Below, one piece after another: positions 8,141-15,623 of a stretch of 64,000 bases of DNA. Under the pieces are notes generated by a model. The model made no database searches. It saw only the letters and a program-made list of their open reading frames with translations, and had not been told where the DNA came from. Source of the DNA: a virus. The stretch is from IMG/VR virus record IMGVR_UViG_3300032093_000089, positions 6,297 to 70,296 of that record; one strand, 5' to 3'. The first letter of the stretch is position 1, and every line of letters starts with the position of its first letter. The position numbers were made by a program, and so were the translations under genes.

Positions 8141-8308
8141 TTACTTTTTCTTAGCAGCAGCTTCTTTTTTCTTGGCGATCATCTCTTTAAACTTATCGCG
8201 TGCTGCAGTTTGTTTATCAGAGGCGCCTGCTTTACCTTTAGGAGGAACCGGTTTGCCTTTAGGCGGAACAGCTTTGCCTTTGGCAATAGGGGGTTTCTTG
8301 GCAACCAT
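8141..8308 (-). CDS. 55-aa Lys/Pro-rich basic protein (not in ORF track)
   Basis: MVAKKPPIAKGKAVPPKGKPVPPKGKAGASDKQTAARDKFKEMIAKKKEAAAKKK*. Confidence 0.7.
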   Translation of the reverse strand: MVAKKPPIAKGKAVPPKGKPVPPKGKAGASDKQTAARDKFKEMIAKKKEAAAKKK

Positions 8309-8349
8309 GGTATCTAGTGGATGTTTAAGATCATCTTTTATATTCTAAA

Positions 8350-8550
8350 TTACTTTTTCTTAAGGGTTCTAGCTTTTTTGCTGGCTTTCTTTGCTGCTTC
8401 TGTGTTAGGTACAAACTGTTTACCTTGTTTGCTACCAGCTTTTTTCTTTGCGTCGGTCTTGGCACGTTCTTCTTTCGAGAGGGAGGCCCAAGCCTTCTCA
8501 GGTAAGTAACGTTTAGTTTGGCCTTTTTGAATTGCTTTGTCGGCTGGCAT
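8350..8550 (-). CDS. basic protein, DUF5872 C-terminal-like
   Basis: RYLPEKAWASLSKEERAKTDAKKKAGSKQGKQFVPNT. Confidence 0.7.
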   Translation of the reverse strand: MPADKAIQKGQTKRYLPEKAWASLSKEERAKTDAKKKAGSKQGKQFVPNTEAAKKASKKARTLKKK

Positions 8551-8834
8551 TACTTTGACTCCTTGTATTTCTTGGCCGCAGACTTTGCTTTGGCTCGTTT
8601 TTCGTACTCATCTTTGGTGGACCACTTTTCCTTGCCCCACTTCTCTAAAGACTTTTGTTTCTCACCTTTACCACCTTTGTATCCACCACCTGCTTCTTTA
8701 TATTCCTGCGCAACTAGTTGGGCCTTACGAGCACTCCATTGGCCTGGTTTGCCACCCTTAGAGCCAGCCATTACGCGATCTTTAATACTCTCGCGTAATC
8801 CAGGTTTGGAATATTTACTATCGTCTTGCGCCAT
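8550..8834 (-). CDS. basic protein, DUF5872 N-terminal-like
   Basis: GSKGGKPGQWSARKAQLVAQEYKEAGGGY. Confidence 0.7.
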   Translation of the reverse strand: MAQDDSKYSKPGLRESIKDRVMAGSKGGKPGQWSARKAQLVAQEYKEAGGGYKGGKGEKQKSLEKWGKEKWSTKDEYEKRAKAKSAAKKYKESK

Positions 8835-8856
8835 TTAACTATTACTTATCTGTTTA

Positions 8857-9834
8857 TTATAAACAACCTTTAATTAAATCTCTAATTCCATCTTTAAAAT
8901 TATATTGTGCACTCCAACCAAGCTTTTGAATCTTGTTTGGGTTGATGGCATATTTCAAATCATTGCCGGGCCTATCAGTTACATGTTGAATTAACCTTGA
9001 ATGAGGCGCATGCTCCGGCCTTAACTCATCTAAAACACTGCAAATTGTGTACACAACTTCAATGTTGGTGAGTTCTCCGTCGCCGCCAATACAATACTGC
9101 TGACCCACCAATCCTTTATCCATTACCAATAACAGGGCATTAACGTGATCTTCCACATGCAGCCAATCACGTATGTTCTCCCCTTTTCCATGAACCGTGA
9201 TCGGTTTTTCCGCCAACGCATTGGTAATCGTCATTGGTATTAGCTTCTCTGGATGTTGACCAGGGCCATAGTTATTGCTGCAGTTTGTTATGACCGCAGG
9301 AAACTTGTAGGTGTTGTGCCAGGCCATCACTAAATGGTCGCTGGCTGCTTTACTTGCTGAGTAGGGTGAGCGTGGGTTATATGGCGTAGTTTCTACAAAA
9401 TAGGTTTCAATGTCGTCTGGACGCAAAGATCCAAATACCTCGTCGGTGCTTACATGAAGGAATTTAAAATCATCTTCCATGTATAAACGACAAGCTTCTA
9501 GTAAGTTAAATGTACCAACAATGTTGCTGTAAATAAAATCTTTGGGGTTGTGAATAGAATTATCAACATGACTTTCGGCGGCAAGGTGAAAAATTTTATC
9601 AGGTTGTAAAATACGAATCCACTCCTGAACAATAGTTTCATCGGTTAAGTTGTACGGCAATAATTGATATCGATTTTTAGCATCAGTATAAGTATTTAAC
9701 TCAGCTGCATTACTGGCATAACCAAGTTTGTCAAAATTGTAAATAAATAAATTAGGAATTTTAAGGAGACGTTTAATTAAATGACGCCCAATAAATCCGG
9801 CACCGCCGGTAACAAGAATTTTTTCCATATTCAT
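8857..9834 (-). CDS. rfbB: dTDP-glucose 4,6-dehydratase
   Basis: TGGAGFIG, HLAAESHVDNSI, VSTDEVFG, SPYSASKA, CSNNYGPGQHPEKLIP, RDWLHVEDH. Confidence 0.93.
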   Translation of the reverse strand: MNMEKILVTGGAGFIGRHLIKRLLKIPNLFIYNFDKLGYASNAAELNTYTDAKNRYQLLPYNLTDETIVQEWIRILQPDKIFHLAAESHVDNSIHNPKDFIYSNIVGTFNLLEACRLYMEDDFKFLHVSTDEVFGSLRPDDIETYFVETTPYNPRSPYSASKAASDHLVMAWHNTYKFPAVITNCSNNYGPGQHPEKLIPMTITNALAEKPITVHGKGENIRDWLHVEDHVNALLLVMDKGLVGQQYCIGGDGELTNIEVVYTICSVLDELRPEHAPHSRLIQHVTDRPGNDLKYAINPNKIQKLGWSAQYNFKDGIRDLIKGCL

Positions 9835-9837
9835 ATA

Positions 9838-10506
9838 CTAATCAAAAACTTCTGCTTTTTTCAAGGGTGTTCCATGTTTATCTTTAATGGATAAAATAGG
9901 GTTTTTAAATTTTTTCCAACTGATATTTAAATCTTCATCAGACCAAAGCAATGTTCGTTCGTACTCTGGGTTATGTACTTGAGTTATTTTATACAACACG
10001 TCAGCTCGATCTCCTAGTACGCAATACCCATGAGCAAATCCAGGTGGAATCCATAGCATGTCATAAGGTCGTTTGTCTCCATTGAGGTAAACATTCAACC
10101 ATTGACCAAACGTTTCAGAAGATTTACGGATGTCCACAACAACATCTTGGATTTCACCACGAATACAACGGACTAGCTTCCCTTGTTGATGAGGCGGTAA
10201 CTGGTAGTGCAATCCACGGAGAACGTTACGGTTTGAAATCACATAAGAATCTTGGCAAAATGTGTGGTCGCCAAAAATTTTTTTGTGTTTAACTTCATGC
10301 CAATGATCGGAAAAGGTTCCACGTTCATCCTCATATCGATCAACCGTAATTAACTTCAAGCCATCCAGATGCAGTGGACAGACTTTCATGCGTGGTTCAA
10401 AACGATTGGGGAAACCGGGTAGCACTGATTCCAAACTGGTAAAGTAACGCTTTAAACGTTCTTGTTCAGCTGAAACTTTATAGTTGTTGGTTTGAGGGGT
10501 GACCAA
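9838..10506 (-). CDS. rfbC: dTDP-4-dehydrorhamnose 3,5-epimerase family (RmlC cupin)
   Basis: DERGTF, VLRGLHYQ, QGKLVRCIRGEIQDVVVDIR, WIPPGFAHG. Confidence 0.92.
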   Translation of the reverse strand: MVTPQTNNYKVSAEQERLKRYFTSLESVLPGFPNRFEPRMKVCPLHLDGLKLITVDRYEDERGTFSDHWHEVKHKKIFGDHTFCQDSYVISNRNVLRGLHYQLPPHQQGKLVRCIRGEIQDVVVDIRKSSETFGQWLNVYLNGDKRPYDMLWIPPGFAHGYCVLGDRADVLYKITQVHNPEYERTLLWSDEDLNISWKKFKNPILSIKDKHGTPLKKAEVFD

Positions 10507-10720
10507 ATTTTTCCATCAATGCGTCCATACATTCTAAAGATTCCAGACGCATCAGGATATCAGAAATTGCATTGATAGTAATTGGATGTTCAGCTCGTGC
10601 TGCAAAAGCTAAAGCATCACGAAGATTAGTGGTAGCAAGATGAACTGCTTCCTTAACTTGATTGGATAATGCCATTTCAGAATGCCTTGGTCTTCTTACT
10701 ATAACGGCTGTGCCAAACAT
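10478..10720 (-). CDS. hypothetical protein (start probably MALSNQV)
   Basis: LRDALAFAARAEHP motif recalled from cyanophage ORFs. Confidence 0.6.
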   Translation of the reverse strand: MFGTAVIVRRPRHSEMALSNQVKEAVHLATTNLRDALAFAARAEHPITINAISDILMRLESLECMDALMEKFGHPSNQQL

Positions 10721-10783
10721 GCAGTTTAAAATCTCTGCTATTAGTTTGGCACAGGTTTTTAAATTGGGTATTCGGTTGTTTTT

Positions 10784-12001
10784 TTATTTTTGTAGGGAAT
10801 ACTCTAATACAGTTGTTGAAATGTATTCAAGGTTTTCACGAGTAATTGTGGGGGCGGTGCCCAGGAAAAATACATGCTTTAACACTTGATAGGCATTTGG
10901 ATAATCTTTTGCATTGCCTAAGTGTCTGTACGCAGGATGAAGCAACAAATTACCGGCAAAATAATTGCGGGTTTGAATTCCGTTTTCTTCTAGATGCAAC
11001 TGTAAAGTTTTCTTTACAAGTTCGTTATTGCAGATAATGGGGACTCCAAACCATGATGTTTCTGCTTCTGGTAGCTCTTGTACAACACGTACTGCGTCAC
11101 CAAAAACTTCAAGAATTTTTTTAATTTGTGTGTAGTTAAACCGGCGCTTGGAATGGATCTCGTCAAACTTTTTTAATTGAACCTGACCCACTGCACCTTG
11201 CATGTCAATTGGTTTTAAGTTGTAACCAATCTGACTAAACACATATTTGTGATCTACGATTCCGTCGTAACCATCAAGCCATGTGTCAAAACGTTTGCCG
11301 CAACTACCATTGATTAGCTGGTTGCAGGCACCAACGCAATAGCAGTCACGCCCCCACCAAGCAAACTGGCGTGCGAGTGTCACAACATCTGAAATGTTTG
11401 ACGACACCATTCCACCTTCCATTGTGGTGATGTGGTGCGCAGGATAAAAAGAACAAGATGCAGCAACGGCATGTTGTGTCAGATATTCATTTTTCCATTT
11501 GGACCCAAGGGAATCACAATTATCTGCAACGTATTTAATTTCGTATTGATCACAGATGTTTAATAAACGATCCATGTTGTAACTGTTGCCTAACACTGGG
11601 CTGCTAAATACAGCAACAGTTTTAGGTGTAATAGCTTCTTCAACTCGATCAAGATCCCAATTCAAATCATCCCAAGTTATGTCTACAAATTTAGGGACAA
11701 GATTATTTTGAATGATTGGGTTAATGGTGGTGGGAAAACCAACAACACTTACGATAATTTCAGAGCCATCTGGCCATTCAAAATATTTTTTAAGGGCAGC
11801 AATCATTACAAGATTAGCGGAGCTACCACTATTAACCATTAAGGAATCAGAGAATCCAAAACGTTTAGAAAACTGTCGTTCAAATTTATCTACTTCTTTT
11901 CCAGCTGGGTACCAAGCACCTTCTTTCAAGCAAGCAATAGCTGCGTCAATTTCTGTTCCATCAAAGTACGGTCCGGAGTACAGAACTTTTGATTTAGACA
12001 T
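10784..12001 (-). CDS. rfbH: RfbH/AscC (E1)-type NDP-4-keto-6-deoxyglucose 3-dehydrase, DegT family
   Basis: NSGSSANL, DNCDSLGS, SFYPAHHITTMEGG (His in place of PLP Lys), Cys cluster GRDCYC...C.......C, DHKYVFSQIGYNLK. Confidence 0.85.
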   Translation of the reverse strand: MSKSKVLYSGPYFDGTEIDAAIACLKEGAWYPAGKEVDKFERQFSKRFGFSDSLMVNSGSSANLVMIAALKKYFEWPDGSEIIVSVVGFPTTINPIIQNNLVPKFVDITWDDLNWDLDRVEEAITPKTVAVFSSPVLGNSYNMDRLLNICDQYEIKYVADNCDSLGSKWKNEYLTQHAVAASCSFYPAHHITTMEGGMVSSNISDVVTLARQFAWWGRDCYCVGACNQLINGSCGKRFDTWLDGYDGIVDHKYVFSQIGYNLKPIDMQGAVGQVQLKKFDEIHSKRRFNYTQIKKILEVFGDAVRVVQELPEAETSWFGVPIICNNELVKKTLQLHLEENGIQTRNYFAGNLLLHPAYRHLGNAKDYPNAYQVLKHVFFLGTAPTITRENLEYISTTVLEYSLQK

Positions 12002-12792
12002 AGATCTTGCAATCCTTTTTCAAAGGAAATGAGTGGTTTGAAGCCATGCGAAGCAAGCTTGCCACAGTTTAAACCAAAGTGAACGGCTTGGTTGTAGCCG
12101 CTTGGTACATTGTTACGCAACACATACCCTCTTGAATCAACAAGCTGCTTTGCGCTGTCAAGAGCATCACCCAATCTTGTGGAAACTCCTGTACCAATAT
12201 TGTAGATACTGTTGCCATCACCGTTTTTACACAGGAACTGTAAGGCCCTACATGTATCTAAGATATGAATAAAGTCGCGAGAAACATCAATGTGTACACT
12301 GATGTCTTTATGGGTTTTTAAACGATTGACCAGGTAGTGTAATGCATTTCGTTTTTGGTTGCCAGTATCAGGTCCACCATAAACATTGCCCAACCTAAAG
12401 ATTCGATAAGTAATACCAAAGGTTTCACAATATTCTTTTACAAGTTTTTCGGCTGCGTACTTAGTAATTGAATAAAAACCGTTTGGATCACAGAGGGCCT
12501 GCTCGTCTGGGTAAACATGGTTTGGTCCATATACAAACCAACTACTTACAAAATTAAAGGTATCAATCCCTGTTTTGCGGCACATCTCAAGACGCCTCAT
12601 GAGCTGTACTAAATTTGTATCAATATCTACATGGCAATTTTCACGAAAAGTTTGATTGTCCGTTGTACTAATTAAGTACAGGACATTTTTTGTATTGGGC
12701 TCCAGCTGTGCTCGGGGTATGCAGAAAGAAGGGAATAAACCGTTGAAGTAAGTTCCGATAATTCCTGTGCTTCCGTACAGACTTAAATCCAT
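11926..12792 (-). CDS. NAD-dependent epimerase/reductase (extended SDR)
   Basis: GSTGIIG, SSWFVYG, YSITK (YxxxK), RLGNVYG, RDFIHILD. Confidence 0.85.
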   Translation of the reverse strand: MDLSLYGSTGIIGTYFNGLFPSFCIPRAQLEPNTKNVLYLISTTDNQTFRENCHVDIDTNLVQLMRRLEMCRKTGIDTFNFVSSWFVYGPNHVYPDEQALCDPNGFYSITKYAAEKLVKEYCETFGITYRIFRLGNVYGGPDTGNQKRNALHYLVNRLKTHKDISVHIDVSRDFIHILDTCRALQFLCKNGDGNSIYNIGTGVSTRLGDALDSAKQLVDSRGYVLRNNVPSGYNQAVHFGLNCGKLASHGFKPLISFEKGLQDLCLNQKFCTPDRTLMEQKLTQLLLA

Positions 12793-13517
12793 CGCTGCCT
12801 TTGGCTACGAACTGGATCATACAACCAGTAGTCAAGAGGAAGATCCATATCAAATGGTGTGGTGTACTTTTCTTGTCCAGGAAGACCGCCCCATTTCTCC
12901 ACGTAGTAACGTCCATTTTCTTGGTACGTCATACGGTTTTTTGCATAAATTACAGGATCTCTTTTGATTGTGGCGCTAACAGTATGGTGATATTCCAGGG
13001 GCAGGTGCTCCCATTCAATGTCAGCCATCTTCATGCGGTAACGATGGTCGTTATCTTCGTAGTAAGCAGGGAAAAAATTTTCGTCCAAGTAACCAACTTC
13101 ATACAGAAGTTCCGGTGTAAAAATCATGGACGAATATCCGTTTTGTGTTTCATCACAAAGGATTCCAACAAACGGGGTCTCTAATCGCTGAGCAAGTTTT
13201 TTTAATTCGCCTGGCTTGGGATGCCAATCAACTGACAGAATGCACCAATAGGGGCAGTCAATGTTCTGTTTAATGATTTGGTTGATAGCTCCGGAGAATC
13301 CAACGTTCATAAAATTATGTACAACTTCAACATTTTTGACGTATTTACTACCACCTTTAATCTTGTCAATGGCCTGACGCACCTCAGGATCCTGGCCGAT
13401 GGAGTTATCAAGAATGAAGTAACGGTTAACTGGATAATCAATTGAATTGAATTGTTGTAACAAGTCATCGGCTCCGTTGAGGATCATGGTGCCGATCATC
13501 TCAATAGGTTTTGTCAT
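12783..13517 (-). CDS. glycosyltransferase family 2-like
   Basis: ILDNS, NVGFSGAINQII, VGYLDENFFPAYYEDNDHRYR. Confidence 0.8.
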   Translation of the reverse strand: MTKPIEMIGTMILNGADDLLQQFNSIDYPVNRYFILDNSIGQDPEVRQAIDKIKGGSKYVKNVEVVHNFMNVGFSGAINQIIKQNIDCPYWCILSVDWHPKPGELKKLAQRLETPFVGILCDETQNGYSSMIFTPELLYEVGYLDENFFPAYYEDNDHRYRMKMADIEWEHLPLEYHHTVSATIKRDPVIYAKNRMTYQENGRYYVEKWGGLPGQEKYTTPFDMDLPLDYWLYDPVRSQRQRWI

Positions 13518-13699
13518 AGATCAACTCGCAGGTACTCTTCGTCGTCAGCAATCAATCGTTGTTCCAGGAGATCTGCTTCTGTTGTTTCAACATCTTCGAA
13601 AGCAATTCCGTTGCGAAGCTTGTAGTCTCGTTGTAAAAACTCAATAAGATTGATGTCAGATTCGCAATAGTAAAACCGCGTTAGATTACAAGACACCAA
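13514..13699 (-). CDS. hypothetical protein
   Basis: Overlap-coupled in operon. Confidence 0.5.
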   Translation of the reverse strand: MVSCNLTRFYYCESDINLIEFLQRDYKLRNGIAFEDVETTEADLLEQRLIADDEEYLRVDL

Positions 13700-13925
13700 T
13701 CAATTCCCATACACTGACTTTATAGATCAATTCCAATTGGAGTATCAAGATGATACCAAACATTGCAAAGCGCCCATTCCAGCGTTCTGCGTAATGGATA
13801 TAGTCATCCGGATGAAACGGGATTTTATTGAAATGCAAATCTACTAGGTACTCTTTCCACAGGGTTTTGAGTGCCCAAATAAAAAGATCTCGTAGAAACT
13901 CAAACCAAAGTTGGATTTTTCTCAT
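13686..13925 (-). CDS. hli: high-light-inducible protein (CAB-like)
   Basis: AERWNGRFAMFG (ExxNGRxAM) followed by TM helix. Confidence 0.85.
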   Translation of the reverse strand: MRKIQLWFEFLRDLFIWALKTLWKEYLVDLHFNKIPFHPDDYIHYAERWNGRFAMFGIILILQLELIYKVSVWELIGVL

Positions 13926-14026
13926 GCTGCTAGGTGCAATCCACCAAATATAACAAACGTATCGACCACTGTAATCACAAGAATTGAAAAGAGCAGAAGC
14001 ACAATTGCCACCGTAAATCTTGTCAT
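13922..14026 (-). CDS. 34-aa single-TM peptide (not in ORF track)
   Basis: MTRFTVAIVLLLFSILVITVVDTFVIFGGLHLAA*; ATGA overlap with hli. Confidence 0.55.
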   Translation of the reverse strand: MTRFTVAIVLLLFSILVITVVDTFVIFGGLHLAA

Positions 14027-14090
14027 GGTTTACTTTTGCACGCTATGCTTTAAATAATATACAAAACCGTTAACGGTTGCTAAAGTTAAT

Positions 14091-14927
14091 ATGGCTGAAC
14101 CTTGGATCCAGACCAAGAACGAGCAACCTGAAACAATGCGGGATCTAAACAAGACCGCAGCCAGAATTACGCTTAACGGAAAACGGCATTACACCACACC
14201 GTTGCCTACTGGGCCTGCGCCATCTGTAACTACAATCATTAGCGAGACAGCTTCCGAGGCAAATAAACGGAAGCTTGAAATGTGGTCAAAAGCTAACCCA
14301 GGCGTGAAAGAAGCTGCTGCCGAAAGGGGTACAGCTATTCACTATGGCATGGAGCAGTATCTTAAAGGGAATAAATCACCTGATATTCCTGATGGGTATA
14401 AAGATTTTTGGGCGGGTATGCCTTCGATCCTTGATCAATTCCAAGAAATTTTATGGGCGGAATCGCCGGTTCTTGATAAATTTAACTTCACTATTGGCAG
14501 TGATGACGTTGCTCGTGTGTGGGGTTGCGATGGTGACGGGAGAAGTTGGGCTGGCGCTCCCGACATCATTGCTGTGGCTAATAACAAGCTCACTCTGGCT
14601 GATTTAAAAACCAGTGTCAAACCTTATAGCCGCAAATGGCCTAAGGACTTAGATAAAGGATCACCGGAATGGCGTGATCTGTTGGGGGGTCATATGAAAT
14701 TTAAAAAAACCTGCAAACAACTTGCCGCTTACGACATTGCGATCCAGCAAACACTAGGTATAAAAGTCCAGCAAGCAGCCATTCTTGTGTCTACGCCGGT
14801 ACGCACCCAGGTCTTTAAAATCTCCAGGCGGTTTCTGGATGTGCTGCATGAGGATTGGTATAAAATTGTTGCTGAATATTACGAACAGGTCGAGAACTGC
14901 ACTGGTTATGATCCGAATCTTATTTAA
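14091..14927 (+). CDS. PD-(D/E)XK exonuclease (lambda-exo/Cas4-like)
   Basis: PSVTTII, RGTAIH, AGAPD, ADLKTS, QLAAY. Confidence 0.85.
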   Translation: MAEPWIQTKNEQPETMRDLNKTAARITLNGKRHYTTPLPTGPAPSVTTIISETASEANKRKLEMWSKANPGVKEAAAERGTAIHYGMEQYLKGNKSPDIPDGYKDFWAGMPSILDQFQEILWAESPVLDKFNFTIGSDDVARVWGCDGDGRSWAGAPDIIAVANNKLTLADLKTSVKPYSRKWPKDLDKGSPEWRDLLGGHMKFKKTCKQLAAYDIAIQQTLGIKVQQAAILVSTPVRTQVFKISRRFLDVLHEDWYKIVAEYYEQVENCTGYDPNLI

Positions 14928-15177
14928 AGATATTGTTGCTGCCATTGCTGAATGGTGGAAAAAACTTTGGTTTGAATCCAGGCTGAAGGCCCGTCTCAAG
15001 ATGATTGAACTTGAGAATCAAATTGAATCTGAGATAGAAAGAGAGAAGGCCGCTAGGCCGATGTATACCGAACACCCTATTGATCCTGCGCTACAGACAG
15101 GGGAATCTCAAAAACTCGGTGGGGCCATGCAACTCACAGCACCCTGGTACAAAAATGACTGCATGGACGCCCGATAA
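14908..15177 (+). CDS. hypothetical protein
   Basis: Likely start MIRILFKD; overlaps exonuclease end. Confidence 0.5.
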   Translation: MIRILFKDIVAAIAEWWKKLWFESRLKARLKMIELENQIESEIEREKAARPMYTEHPIDPALQTGESQKLGGAMQLTAPWYKNDCMDAR

Positions 15178-15367
15178 TCAGAAGGTTTCTTGGAGTAAAA
15201 CGGATCCGGAGGAGCAACGCCGCCGGGTTGCTTGGTCTGTAGCTACGTCTTGCGCAATTGAGACAGGTGAGTCTCCAGTTGACATCTACAACCGCCTATT
15301 AAAGAAATTTCAAGATGTAAATGCCTACGGACACATGGCTCTAGATGAGTCCAATGAGTCTAAGTAA
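15155..15367 (+). CDS. hypothetical protein
   Basis: Likely start MTAWTPD. Confidence 0.5.
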   Translation: MTAWTPDNQKVSWSKTDPEEQRRRVAWSVATSCAIETGESPVDIYNRLLKKFQDVNAYGHMALDESNESK

Positions 15368-15437
15368 TTCCGGAAAATTGTAAGGGTCTGGTTGGATTGG
15401 TCGCCGTAGGATAAGAAAACACTCAGTTCCGCCCCAG

Positions 15438-15623
15438 ATGGAAATTCACATTTCCCTGGGAGAGTGGATAAATACTCTCCAGATCCGCATGACTAATGCG
15501 GTGGATGGGGATTGTTTTTATCTGCCCTCTCCTATGCATTTACATGCATTTCAACTGGTGAAGGACGCCTCATTTCCTGATCGAAACTTTAGAGTAGAAC
15601 TTAAAGAAGAAAGTAAAGCATGA
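15438..15623 (+). CDS. hypothetical protein
   Basis: ATGA-coupled to primase. Confidence 0.55.
   Translation: MEIHISLGEWINTLQIRMTNAVDGDCFYLPSPMHLHAFQLVKDASFPDRNFRVELKEESKA

Noticed and set aside
8857-13925. Sugar genes and hli as host chromosome (chimera or prophage edge)
   Set aside because: Interleaved with phage-type small ORFs; no housekeeping genes
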